Source: an uncultured Clostridia bacterium
GTDB lineage: Bacteria; Bacillota; Clostridia; Christensenellales; Borkfalkiaceae
Assembly (NCBI GenBank): GCA_944363255.1
Contig: CALVTZ010000001.1
Span: forward strand, 1-36,152
DNA length: 36,152 bases
Reading direction: 5' to 3'
Position numbers and translations under genes: made by a program. Every line of letters starts with the position of its first letter. The first letter of the stretch is position 1. Shown in pieces: positions 26,911 to 34,577 of this stretch. Under the pieces are notes generated by a model, which worked only from the letters and a program-made list of their open reading frames with translations, ran no database searches and was not told the DNA's origin.

Positions 26911-26959
26911 CCACAAAATATTGTGCCGTGGTATTGAATTTTCACAAAATGTTGTGCCG
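26911..26959. promoter_or_regulatory. Two direct copies of an 18-bp element, each containing a CACAA-N4-TTGTG palindrome, upstream of the pfl promoter (candidate operator pair)
   Basis: ccacaaaatattgtgccg (26911-26928) and tcacaaaatgttgtgccg (26942-26959). The centres are 31 bp apart, and the sites lie 40-90 bp upstream of the -35. Confidence 0.5.
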
Positions 26960-26961
26960 CA

Positions 26962-29481
26962 TCAGAGCGCGAACACGATCTCATACCCGCCGTCCACGTC
27001 CATGGGGACGGAGACGAAGAGCACGGCGGCGTCGGGCGCCTGCCCCGTGGAGAGCGGGAACGCCCCCTCTGCGCGGCGGCTCTTGCAGAATGCCGCGTCC
27101 CGTCCGTTTACCGTGATGCGGCGGATCTTGTCCGCCTCGGGCAGCAGGTGGAAGCGGATGAGCGCCTCGCGCTCGGTGACGGCGCGCGCCCCCGAGAACG
27201 TCCCCTCTGCGGGAGCAAAGTTGAGCACGAAGGCGTTTTGCGCCTCGTCGAAGCGGGCGGTGAAGGCGCTCTTGCGCAGCGCGCCCGTCTTGTAAGCGAC
27301 GCTCTCGCCGTCGTCCTCATACAAATACCCCGCGCCCTCCTGCGTGCGCGAAGGGTAGTAGTCGAACACCAGCCTGTCCCAGCTCTGCTCGCGCGTGTTC
27401 TTCGCCTCGTACGCGAGCGGGATGAGCGCGCCCAGCCGCACGAAGAGGGGCATGGCGTGCAGGGGGTATTCCTTGACGACGGTGCGCCCGCCGCGGTAGA
27501 TCTTGCCGTCGAAGAGATCCATCCAGCTCCCCTCGGGCAGGTAGACGTGCCGCTTGTCGTCGCGGTGCGCCCTGCCGCAGTACAGCATACACGTCGCCTC
27601 GCCCTCCGCCTGGAAGTACTCGATGACGACATGGTGCGAAACGCCGGGCGCGAGGTTGCCAAGGCGCAGGTCGGATGCGGCGTGGCAGGACTTGTCCTCC
27701 ACCACCTTTACGCCGTCCACCCACACCGTTGCGCCGTCGTCGCTGCGCAGGATGAGCTCCGTCTCCTCCTCAAAGCGCAGCTGCGTTTCGAAGCGGGCGG
27801 AGAAGTTGTACACGGGCACGCCCTCCTCGGGCGCGGTGTGCGAGCAATACAGGGAGAGGGTGGGATATTCCGCCCTGCACACAGCCTCGCCCGCAAGCTC
27901 CGTCCCATTAAAGTACGTCGCCTGCACGGGCGCAACGTAGCAGCGGCCGTGCACGGGGCGGGGCGGGGTGCCCGCAACGGGCGCAACGAGCAGATCGCCG
28001 ATGAGGTATTCCCCCATCTCCTTGAGCGCGCGCTTGTCCTGCGGGTATTGCATTCCCAGCGGGCGGCAGATGGGCAGCCCCTCCTCATAGCTCTCGTACG
28101 CATAGCGATAGAGCAGCGGAAGCAGCCGATAGCGCAGGTTGTAGTATTCGCGCACGATGCGCAAGGTCTCCTCGTCGTAAGCCCACGGCTCGCGGAAGCG
28201 CACCACGTCCTTGGTGCAATGCGGGCGGAATACGGGCGAGAGCGCGCCAAACTGCATCCAGCGGATAAACGTCTCCTTGTCGGGATTGCCCGTGTGTCCG
28301 CCGCAGTCGGCATTCACGTAGGGAATGCAGTTGCTCCCCCCGCGCAGCAGGTTTTCCACCTCCGTTGCGATGGAATCCATGCCGCTGGGGATATCCCCCG
28401 TCCACTGAACGGAATAGCGGTGGCTCGCGGGGCTGTTGATGCCCTGATAGCTGCCGTTTGCGATGTTGTCCACGTTGCCCATGACGACGGGGCGGCGGCT
28501 CGCCCTGCCCTCCGCCGTGCGCTCGTAGAAGTGCTTGGTGATCTCATGGAAGAGGTACAGCCCCAGCGTCTCGGGGTGCACGCCCTTGGCAGGGCTGATG
28601 AGGCGCGTGATCCAGTTTCTGTCGTACCACCACGTATCCAGCCCCAGCTCCATGAGGGCGGTGAGGTTTTGCTCCCTGTACCTGACTTCCGCAGGCGAGA
28701 ACACGCTCTTCGCCCCCTCCACGGGCTCCGGGTGATCGTTGAACATGATCTCCACGCCGTGGCTGTGCGCGAACGCCAAAAAGCGCTTCATATCGGGGAA
28801 GAGCTGCGTATCGATGTCATAGCCGATGCCGCGGTCGGACGCCTTGCGCCAATCGGTGTCGATGACCAGATTGTCGAGGGGAACGTCGTGCGCCTCGTAG
28901 TCGAGAATGACCTGCTTCGCGCTCTCCTCGCTGTATGCAAAGTACTTGGAATTCCAGCTTCCGAGCGTGGCAAGGCGCACCAGCTCCGCCCTGCCCGTGA
29001 GCTGCACAAAGAGTTTGCGCAGCAATTTCGCGTCCCCTTCGCTGAGCAGCAGATATACGTCCTGTACCCGTTCTTCCACAACGTATCCGCTATCCTTGAC
29101 TCTGCCGCGATAGGTGTACCCGCCCTTGGGCAGGCGGATGCGCGGGGCGTCCGCCACGGGGAACACCGCGGGCGTTGCCGAGAGCGCGGGCAATTCGCCG
29201 CTGCTGCCCTTCCTGCGGAAGCGATAGACGCACTCGCCCTCCTTCCACAGCGCGATGCCGTTCAGCCCCCGTTCCCCCTCCGGGACGACGAGGGTGTACG
29301 CGCCGAAGAGCAGCTTGTTTTCGCGCTGCTCCACCTGGGGCGCCGCCTCCGCAAATTGCGCACGGCAGGGCACGACGAGGGTGTCCTCATCGCAGAACTT
29401 CCCGCCCTTTGCTGCCTCCAGGCGCACGATCCTCTCGTCGAGGAACTGCACCCGAACCTTTCCGAACAAAAATGCTTTCAT
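26962..29481 (-). CDS. Glycoside hydrolase family 31 (alpha-glucosidase/alpha-xylosidase type) with a C-terminal PA14-like domain
   Basis: GH31 signatures are GLDTWWYDRNW (nucleophile region) and YSVQWTGDIPSGMDS. The PA14-like stretch is LRSDDGATVWVDGVKVVEDK...VVIEYFQAEGEATCMLY. Confidence 0.85.
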   Translation of the reverse strand: MKAFLFGKVRVQFLDERIVRLEAAKGGKFCDEDTLVVPCRAQFAEAAPQVEQRENKLLFGAYTLVVPEGERGLNGIALWKEGECVYRFRRKGSSGELPALSATPAVFPVADAPRIRLPKGGYTYRGRVKDSGYVVEERVQDVYLLLSEGDAKLLRKLFVQLTGRAELVRLATLGSWNSKYFAYSEESAKQVILDYEAHDVPLDNLVIDTDWRKASDRGIGYDIDTQLFPDMKRFLAFAHSHGVEIMFNDHPEPVEGAKSVFSPAEVRYREQNLTALMELGLDTWWYDRNWITRLISPAKGVHPETLGLYLFHEITKHFYERTAEGRASRRPVVMGNVDNIANGSYQGINSPASHRYSVQWTGDIPSGMDSIATEVENLLRGGSNCIPYVNADCGGHTGNPDKETFIRWMQFGALSPVFRPHCTKDVVRFREPWAYDEETLRIVREYYNLRYRLLPLLYRYAYESYEEGLPICRPLGMQYPQDKRALKEMGEYLIGDLLVAPVAGTPPRPVHGRCYVAPVQATYFNGTELAGEAVCRAEYPTLSLYCSHTAPEEGVPVYNFSARFETQLRFEEETELILRSDDGATVWVDGVKVVEDKSCHAASDLRLGNLAPGVSHHVVIEYFQAEGEATCMLYCGRAHRDDKRHVYLPEGSWMDLFDGKIYRGGRTVVKEYPLHAMPLFVRLGALIPLAYEAKNTREQSWDRLVFDYYPSRTQEGAGYLYEDDGESVAYKTGALRKSAFTARFDEAQNAFVLNFAPAEGTFSGARAVTEREALIRFHLLPEADKIRRITVNGRDAAFCKSRRAEGAFPLSTGQAPDAAVLFVSVPMDVDGGYEIVFAL

Positions 29482-29552
29482 GATCTCACTCCGATCTCTC
29501 TCTTATATTTACCGCTTGCGCGATATTTTCTCTTATTCTTTGCGGGGAACGC

Positions 29553-31493
29553 TCACGCGTTCTCCAATACGAGCACCCCGAAGGGCGCGATCTCTACTCT
29601 GCCCGTGAGCGTTCTCTCCCCGAGCACGTCGTAGCACGTTTTGTCGAGCTGAACATAGCCCGCCTTGCCGCACACCTCCACCGCGATCACGCCGCTATGC
29701 GCCCCCGTGCGGCGGGTGAGCACGAGATTTTCGCTCCCCTCCAGAACGGGCGCAAGCCCTGCAAGGCGGCGCAGCGACTGCGGCGAGGGCAACGTGCCCA
29801 GAAGGATGACCTTGCCCTTGCCCACCCTGCGGCAGGTGGCGGCAGCCAGCCCTTCGAACTCACCGCGGTAGCGGGCGAGCACCTCCGTGCCCTCCTGCGC
29901 CTCGAACGCGTCGTACGTCTTTGCCGCGCCGAAGGGGGTGCCGTCCTCCCATTCCGCCGTGAACACGTCGTTTGCGACGGGCTTTTGATACTTCACGTAC
30001 ACGCCCGCCAGCTCTTCGAGGAAGGAATAGGGCGCATGGGTGTACTTGGAGGCATTGGCGTCCATCACGTCCGTCATGGGGCCGACGATCCACGTGCCCC
30101 CCTCCTTCACCCACGCGATGACGCGCTCCTTCAGCCCGTTTTCGTCCGCCGTGGTGAGGAAGGGCGAGAGCAGCACCTTGTACCCTTCGAGCGCGTGCGG
30201 GGTGTCGATGACGTCCACGTTGTAGTGGCGGAAGGCGGCGTGCACGCCGTCTGCGACTTCCGCGCGGTAGTCGAAGTTTTTGAGGATGGGCGCGTTTTCA
30301 AAGTTGACCGCCGCCGTATTCGAATAGTGCAGCGCGATGTCCGAGCGCACGAAGCTGCCCTGCAGGAACTCAGCAGCCCGCTGCAGCTCTTCGCTCGCGC
30401 GGGCGACCTCCTCCGAGACGCGGTACGGCCTTCCCGCCGTGGTGAGGAGCGCGCCGTGCGCCAGCTCGTGCCCTGCGGGGTGTGCGCGGAAGAGCCAATA
30501 CAAGTTCATTTCCGCCCCGCGCGCGATGGGCAGCCAGGTGTTTGCATAACAGTTTCCCGTGGAACGGTACCCAAATTCCGCAAACGTACTGCCATTCCAG
30601 CCCACTTGCGTCTCCGTCACCCAATAGGGCTTGTCCTTGACGCAGCGCATGAAGTCGTGATCGAACGTAGTGCGGGGCAGCTCTTCCTGCGGGTTGTAGT
30701 GGTTGTACTGCACCACGTCGAGCGACTCGTTGATCTTGTAGTAGTCGAGCAGCGGCGTCTGCATCATGTCCGTACCCACGTTCTTGCAGCCGTAGCGGTG
30801 CAGGATGTCCGCCTGTTCCTTGCAGTAGGAAAAGATCTGCCCGCTCTGGAAGTGCCACCACGCCGTGCGCAGCGAGGGGTGCCGCCACTCGCCCGGGTAG
30901 GGCGGCTCGATCTCATCGAAGTTGTCGTAGTCGAGCGACCAGCGCGCCATGCCCCACGCGCGGTTGAGCGCGGCAATGTCGCCGTAGCGCGCCTTGAGAT
31001 GGTCGCGGAAGGCGCGCTTGCACTGCGGGCAGTAGCAGCCGTCGCCGTAGGGGAAGAACTCGTTGTCGATCTGCCAGCCGATGATGGCGGGGTGCCCTGC
31101 GAGCGCCTTTGCCTCCTCTTCCACGATGCGGCGGTTCTTTTCGCGCATGACGGGCGAGGTCTTGCAGGGGTGGCAGCGGGAGGAGATCTTCGTCCGCTCG
31201 CCAAGGGGCGTCACCGCGCGCGTCTCCTCGTACTTGTGAAAGAGCCAGCGCGGGGGCGTGCAAGTGGGCGTACAGAAGATGACGGAAATGCCCGCCCCAT
31301 ATAATTTGTCGAGCACGCGCGCGAATTTTTCAAAGTGGAACTCCCCCTCTTTCGGCTCCATCGTGCTCCACGCAAACTCCCCGATGCGCAGGGTGTTCAC
31401 GCCAAGTTGCTTGCAGCGGGCGATGTCGCGCTCGACTTCGCTCTCCTCCCAAAGTTCGGGATAGTACGCTGCGCCGACGTAAATTTTACTCAT
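29553..31493 (-). CDS. Glycoside hydrolase family 42 beta-galactosidase
   Basis: MSKIYVGAAYYPELWEESEVERDIARCKQLGVNTLRIGEFAWSTMEPKEGEFHF is a typical GH42 N-terminus. Also present: WQIDNEF (acid/base Glu) and the zinc-type Cys cluster CHPC...CYCPQC. Start moved to ATG 31493 (SD GGAGAA); the track start 31589 lies inside the promoter region. Confidence 0.88.
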   Translation of the reverse strand: MSKIYVGAAYYPELWEESEVERDIARCKQLGVNTLRIGEFAWSTMEPKEGEFHFEKFARVLDKLYGAGISVIFCTPTCTPPRWLFHKYEETRAVTPLGERTKISSRCHPCKTSPVMREKNRRIVEEEAKALAGHPAIIGWQIDNEFFPYGDGCYCPQCKRAFRDHLKARYGDIAALNRAWGMARWSLDYDNFDEIEPPYPGEWRHPSLRTAWWHFQSGQIFSYCKEQADILHRYGCKNVGTDMMQTPLLDYYKINESLDVVQYNHYNPQEELPRTTFDHDFMRCVKDKPYWVTETQVGWNGSTFAEFGYRSTGNCYANTWLPIARGAEMNLYWLFRAHPAGHELAHGALLTTAGRPYRVSEEVARASEELQRAAEFLQGSFVRSDIALHYSNTAAVNFENAPILKNFDYRAEVADGVHAAFRHYNVDVIDTPHALEGYKVLLSPFLTTADENGLKERVIAWVKEGGTWIVGPMTDVMDANASKYTHAPYSFLEELAGVYVKYQKPVANDVFTAEWEDGTPFGAAKTYDAFEAQEGTEVLARYRGEFEGLAAATCRRVGKGKVILLGTLPSPQSLRRLAGLAPVLEGSENLVLTRRTGAHSGVIAVEVCGKAGYVQLDKTCYDVLGERTLTGRVEIAPFGVLVLENA

Positions 31494-31543
31494 CCTGTTT
31501 TCTCCGTGCGGCGGCTGAATTTCGATATGCCTTTGCGCCCTCC

Positions 31544-31573
31544 ATCTTACCACTTTCGCCCCGCTTCTGTCAA
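31544..31573 (-). promoter_or_regulatory. Promoter of the GH42/GH31 genes
   Basis: Minus strand: TTGACA (31573-31568), 18 nt, TGg-TAAGAT (31552-31544). Confidence 0.55.
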
Positions 31574-31623
31574 GACGGAAAAGGAACATTTCCGCCCGAA
31601 ACGGGCAAATTTCCGCACCCCTC

Positions 31624-31652
31624 TTGCAAGGGGCGCGCGCATCTGTTATAAT
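31624..31652 (+). promoter_or_regulatory. Promoter of the HEPN-like/CBS gene
   Basis: TTGCAA (31624-31629), 17 nt, TATAAT (31647-31652). SD GGAGGAGAG follows, before ATG 31670. Confidence 0.7.
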
Positions 31653-31669
31653 GGCGTTGGAGGAGAGAG

Positions 31670-32416
31670 ATGAACAAGAACAACGCGACGCGATTTTTGA
31701 AAAGTTACAACCGCATCGAGGCGCAGCTCAAGCTGCTGTACAACTGCAATACGCGCGCCAACATGAGCTTTACCGACCTCGTGAAGCGGTGCAGCGACCT
31801 CGACATCACGGTGCGCCGCTACGCCGCCGAACTCATCGACTACGGCAAACTGCGCAACGCCATCGTGCACCGCGAGGTGGACGGAGATCGGGAGACGGTG
31901 ATCGCCGTGCCCTGCGACGAGGTCGTCTCCACCATCGAATTTATCGAGGCGATGCTCTGCCGCCCGCCCCGCCTCATCGACGCCATCAAGGTGAAGAAGG
32001 TCGCCTCCGTGTTTGCCGATCACCCCGTGCTCGACGCGGTGTCCGCCTTCCGCGAAAATTGGCAAAAGACGCTCATCGTGTACGACCACGGCAAAATGAT
32101 CGGCGTCATCAATTCCTACGGGCTGTATGCAGAGATCGAGGCGCGCGTGAAGGGCGGGGCGGACCTTGCGCACTTCTTCAAGGAGACGCTGTGCCGCGAC
32201 ATCGTGCACCCCGCCGAGATGGAGAAGTACCGCGTGATGGCAAAGGACGCCACCGTGTTCGAAGTGTTCGTCGCCTTTGAAGAGCAAAAGCACCTGCTCG
32301 CCGTCATTGTCACCGAGACGGGCACCTTCGGGGAGAAGGCGCTCAGCATCATCACCCCCTCCGACTTCCCCCGCATCAACCGCTTCCTCGAAAACTACAA
32401 CGTAAAGCCGTTTTGA
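31670..32416 (+). CDS. Two-domain protein: an N-terminal alpha-helical domain with a HEPN-like Rx4H motif (Swt1-like HEPN candidate) fused to a C-terminal CBS pair
   Basis: The N-domain reads FLKSYNRIEAQLKLLY...ELIDYGKLRNAIVHRE. Arg62 is at 31853-31855 and His67 at 31868-31870, with Asn following Arg as in many HEPN RNases. The C-terminal half is CBS-like (IKVKKVASVFADHPVLDAVSAFRENWQKTLIVYDHGKMIGVINSYGL ... MAKDATVFEVFVAFEEQKHLLAVIVTETGTFGEKALSIITPSDF). Strong promoter and SD. Confidence 0.8.
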   Translation: MNKNNATRFLKSYNRIEAQLKLLYNCNTRANMSFTDLVKRCSDLDITVRRYAAELIDYGKLRNAIVHREVDGDRETVIAVPCDEVVSTIEFIEAMLCRPPRLIDAIKVKKVASVFADHPVLDAVSAFRENWQKTLIVYDHGKMIGVINSYGLYAEIEARVKGGADLAHFFKETLCRDIVHPAEMEKYRVMAKDATVFEVFVAFEEQKHLLAVIVTETGTFGEKALSIITPSDFPRINRFLENYNVKPF

Positions 32417-32488
32417 GGTCGTTTTTCGGGGTTTGGGCAGAAAAAGAAAAAAAGTTGCAAAAAATTAAAATTTTTTTCAGAAAAAGTA

Positions 32489-32516
32489 TTGACAAATGAA
32501 AATTCTGTGCTATACT
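32489..32516 (+). promoter_or_regulatory. Near-consensus promoter with an extended -10 and an upstream A/T-tract (UP-like) region, driving the orphan RNA
   Basis: TTGACA (32489-32494), a 16-nt spacer, then TGc-TATACT (32508-32516). It is preceded by aaaaagaaaaaaagttgcaaaaaattaaaatttttttcagaaaaag (32441-32486). Confidence 0.75.
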
Positions 32517-32521
32517 GTAAG

Positions 32522-33159
32522 CACAACAAGGGAGCAAGCCCTAAGGAAGCCCCCCAAACGGAGTTCAAACGGAACGGATCCGGGACAACTTCCCACATCA
32601 AAACCGCAGCGGCTCACACGACCATATCTTCTGCAGGACGGGAAACCGTATATGGCACGGTAAGACAAAACGGTGGCGACGAAGAACGTTGAAAGGGAAA
32701 AGGACTGTGGAAGACGAAGGGCGGGAGACGAAGAGCGTTCCACCTGCAGACAAACGTTTGTCGTACGCAAACGACCGGGAAAGCAAGTGCCGAGAAAGCG
32801 AGCTTCTGTACGTTGCGTAGATTTGCATCGTCCACTCATCAGACGGATTTTTGTTCTAAGCTGCGCGGCGCAAACCGTTGTCCCCTATCGCGATGTAACG
32901 AGGTAGATAAGGATAGTCGGAGAGAATGCGCGCAATTCCCCTAATCAGGAACAGAGGCGTAGGAAGAGGGAGGCAGGCGCAAAAGGAAAAGAAACCCTTC
33001 TTTTCAAAGATTTGGAGTTTAACCAACAAGAACGAAAGTGATTTCGGTTAAAAGCGTAAGTGGATCTTAGAAAAGGACTTTTCGGAATCAACGATCTGTA
33101 TCCGATGAAAATGCTACGAAATAACGGCGGCGCACCGAAAGGTGCGCCGCTTATTTGTT
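32522..33159 (+). ncRNA. Candidate large (about 630 nt) structured noncoding RNA of unrecognised class
   Basis: Bounded by the promoter above and a strong intrinsic terminator. No ORF has an SD or protein-like composition. The sequence is purine-rich with many GNRA-capped hairpins, including ACGG-GAAA-CCGT (32638-32649) and TTAACC...GAAA-GTGA-TTTC-GGTTAA (33019-33051). There is long-range complementarity between TCTGCAGG (32630-32637) and CCTGCAGA (32743-32750). The 5' end is estimated at +/-4 nt. Confidence 0.55.
33127..33159 (+). terminator. Rho-independent terminator (first 3' end of the orphan RNA)
   Basis: A 10-bp stem, gcggcgcacc (33127-33136) with ggtgcgccgc (33141-33150), GAAA tetraloop, followed by TTATTTGTT. 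Confidence 0.85.
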
Positions 33160-33164
33160 CACAA

Positions 33165-33192
33165 ATTTTCTCGCAAAAAGTTGCGAGAAAAT
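33165..33192. other. 12-bp perfect hairpin (ATTTTCTCGCAA-AAAG-TTGCGAGAAAAT)
   Basis: 33165-33176 pairs with 33181-33192. It belongs to the GCAAA...TTTGC hairpin family reiterated through 33165-33524. Confidence 0.6.
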
Positions 33193-33210
33193 TTCGTGAG
33201 GGTAAAAGAC

Positions 33211-33256
33211 AACCCGCGGGCACGCCAAAGGGCTGACCGCGGGTTTTTCTTTCTTG
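33211..33256 (+). terminator. Second (backup, possibly bidirectional) intrinsic terminator
   Basis: aacccgcgg (33211-33219) pairs with ccgcgggtt (33237-33245), followed by TTTCTTTCTT on the plus strand. Confidence 0.7.
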
Positions 33257-33337
33257 GCGCGAATTTTTAGGGGCTTCCGATTATACTTCGCGCCAATTCA
33301 ATCTTTCCGCATAAGCGCAGGTATGCGCAAATGCTGT

Positions 33338-33386
33338 GCGCGGGCGCAAAAGCGTGGTTTTGCTTGCGCAGTTATTTAGAGCGAAA
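33338..33386. repeat. Copy 1 of a roughly 50-nt intergenic repeat containing a conserved hairpin
   Basis: gcgcgggcgcaaaagcgtggttttgcttgcgcagttatttagagcgaaa, with hairpin GCAAAA-gcgtgg-TTTTGC at 33346-33363. Confidence 0.7.
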
Positions 33387-33498
33387 GGCATCGCAAAAAG
33401 ATTTGCGTAGCAAAGATTTTTGCGAAGAGAAGCGGCAGGCATAAAAACGCACCCGCAAGCGGAGCGCGCGGGTGGTAACGATTGCCTTGCCGCGACGA

Positions 33499-33548
33499 GC
33501 GCGGGCGGAAAAGTGTGATTTTCCTTGCGCTAGTAATTTAGAGCGAAA
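33499..33548. repeat. Copy 2 of the roughly 50-nt intergenic repeat
   Basis: gcgcgggcggaaaagtgtgattttccttgcgctagtaatttagagcgaaa, with hairpin GGAAAA-gtgtga-TTTTCC at 33507-33524. It differs from copy 1 by a compensatory C:G to G:C swap in the stem. Confidence 0.7.
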
Positions 33549-33581
33549 AAATAACGCAAAAGAACTCCGCGGGGCGGAGTT
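33548..33581 (-). terminator. Intrinsic terminator of the asparaginase operon
   Basis: aactccgc (33563-33570) pairs with gcggagtt (33574-33581), immediately after stop TAG (33589-33587). On the minus strand it is followed by CTTTTGCGTTATTTTTT. Confidence 0.75.
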
Positions 33582-33586
33582 TTTTC

Positions 33587-34567
33587 CTAAAAAATATCGT
33601 GTTGGATGGGCGTGAGGAAGCGGGAGGCTACCCCGTCTTTGTCGCCTGCGAGCGCCCACATGAGCTTGCACGTTGCCGCCTCCAGCGTCATGCTGCGCGC
33701 CTCCAGCACGCTGCCGCAGGAGAGCAGCTTTCTGCCCACCTCGTAGCGGTCGAGCGCGCTCCCCTCCCGCTCCACCTGCGTGGTGCACAACACCGTGCCG
33801 CCGCCCGCGAGGTACTCCTTCAGGCGCGAGAAGAAGGCGTCGTTCTCATAGTTGGGCAGCCCGCCCGAGCCGAAGGACTCGATGATCAGCCCCTTGCACC
33901 GCTTGATATAGTCGAAGATATCCGTCTTGAGCCCGGGGATCATTTTGAGCACGAACACGCTGTCCTCCAGCTGCGAAAAGAACTTGGGCGGGCCCTTGGG
34001 CTTTTCCGTGAGGTAGTACACGGGCGCACCGTCGCGCATGATGGCGGTATCCGGATAGTCGATGCCCGAAAAGGCATTGTAGCTGCGCGTGCGCGTCTTT
34101 TTGGCGCGCGTGCCCAGGATCACCTTGCCGTCGAACACGATGTGCACGCCGCCCGCCCCGTCGTCTGCGCAGAAGGCGAAGGCGTTGAAGAGGTTGTCGC
34201 GCGCGTCCGTATCGCGCAAATACACCGACTTCTGCGAGCCCGTGAGCACGACGGGCTTGGGCGAATCCTGCACGAGGTAGGAGAGCGCCGCCGCCGTGTA
34301 CGCCATGGTGTCTGTGCCGTGCGTGACGACGAAGCCGTCGTAGCGGTCGTACTCCCGCGCAATGATGCCCGCAAGTTCCAGCCAATGTTTGGAGTAGATA
34401 TTCGTGCTGTCCAGGTGAAAGGGCTGCACCGCGTCCACCTTGGCGACGCCCGCGATCTCCGGCACGTAGGAGAGCAGTTCCTCGGGCGAAATGCGGGGCG
34501 CGAGCCCCGCCTCCGTGGGTTTGGAAGCGATCGTCCCGCCCGTTGCGATCAAGAGAATGTGTTTCAT
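33587..34567 (-). CDS. ansA: Type I L-asparaginase
   Basis: MKHILLIATGGTIAS (Thr nucleophile motif), VVTHGTDTMAYTAAALS. Length is 326 aa. SD GAAGGAAG. Confidence 0.9.
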   Translation of the reverse strand: MKHILLIATGGTIASKPTEAGLAPRISPEELLSYVPEIAGVAKVDAVQPFHLDSTNIYSKHWLELAGIIAREYDRYDGFVVTHGTDTMAYTAAALSYLVQDSPKPVVLTGSQKSVYLRDTDARDNLFNAFAFCADDGAGGVHIVFDGKVILGTRAKKTRTRSYNAFSGIDYPDTAIMRDGAPVYYLTEKPKGPPKFFSQLEDSVFVLKMIPGLKTDIFDYIKRCKGLIIESFGSGGLPNYENDAFFSRLKEYLAGGGTVLCTTQVEREGSALDRYEVGRKLLSCGSVLEARSMTLEAATCKLMWALAGDKDGVASRFLTPIQHDIF

Positions 34568-34577
34568 GGTTCTTCCT

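Noticed and set aside
26911-26959. Rex, FNR or CRP box assignment for the pfl upstream dyads
   Set aside because: The half-sites resemble TTGTG/CACAA, but their order and spacing (CACAA-N4-TTGTG) do not fit TTGTGAA-N4-TTCACAA, TTGAT-N4-ATCAA or TGTGA-N6-TCACA. I left them as an unassigned operator.
29553-31589. The 32-codon N-terminal extension of the GH42 ORF (start at 31589)
   Set aside because: The extension covers the mapped promoter region and lacks an SD. The conserved GH42 N-terminus begins at ATG 31493, which has a GGAGAA SD.
32522-33159. Assignment of the RNA to RNase P, tmRNA, SRP, 6S, T-box or group II intron classes
   Set aside because: I could not find the characteristic conserved strings: the P4 GAGGAAAGUCC-type box, a tRNA-like CCA end with tag ORF, the SRP domain IV motif, the T-box 14-mer, or a domain V-like hairpin. 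The genomic context does not match OLE (isoprenoid/oapA neighbourhood).
32395-33223. Short ORFs on both strands inside the orphan RNA region (for example 32489..32692, 32673..32906, 32510..32839, 32945..33223)
   Set aside because: None has an SD. One starts inside the -35 element. Compositions are Arg/Ser/Cys-rich and they overlap each other in several frames. Coding is therefore unlikely, though a very small peptide cannot be excluded.
33338-33548. CRISPR array interpretation of the 50-nt direct repeats
   Set aside because: There are only two imperfect copies with a ~110-bp interval, and no cas genes in the window. The repeats are longer than typical CRISPR repeats.
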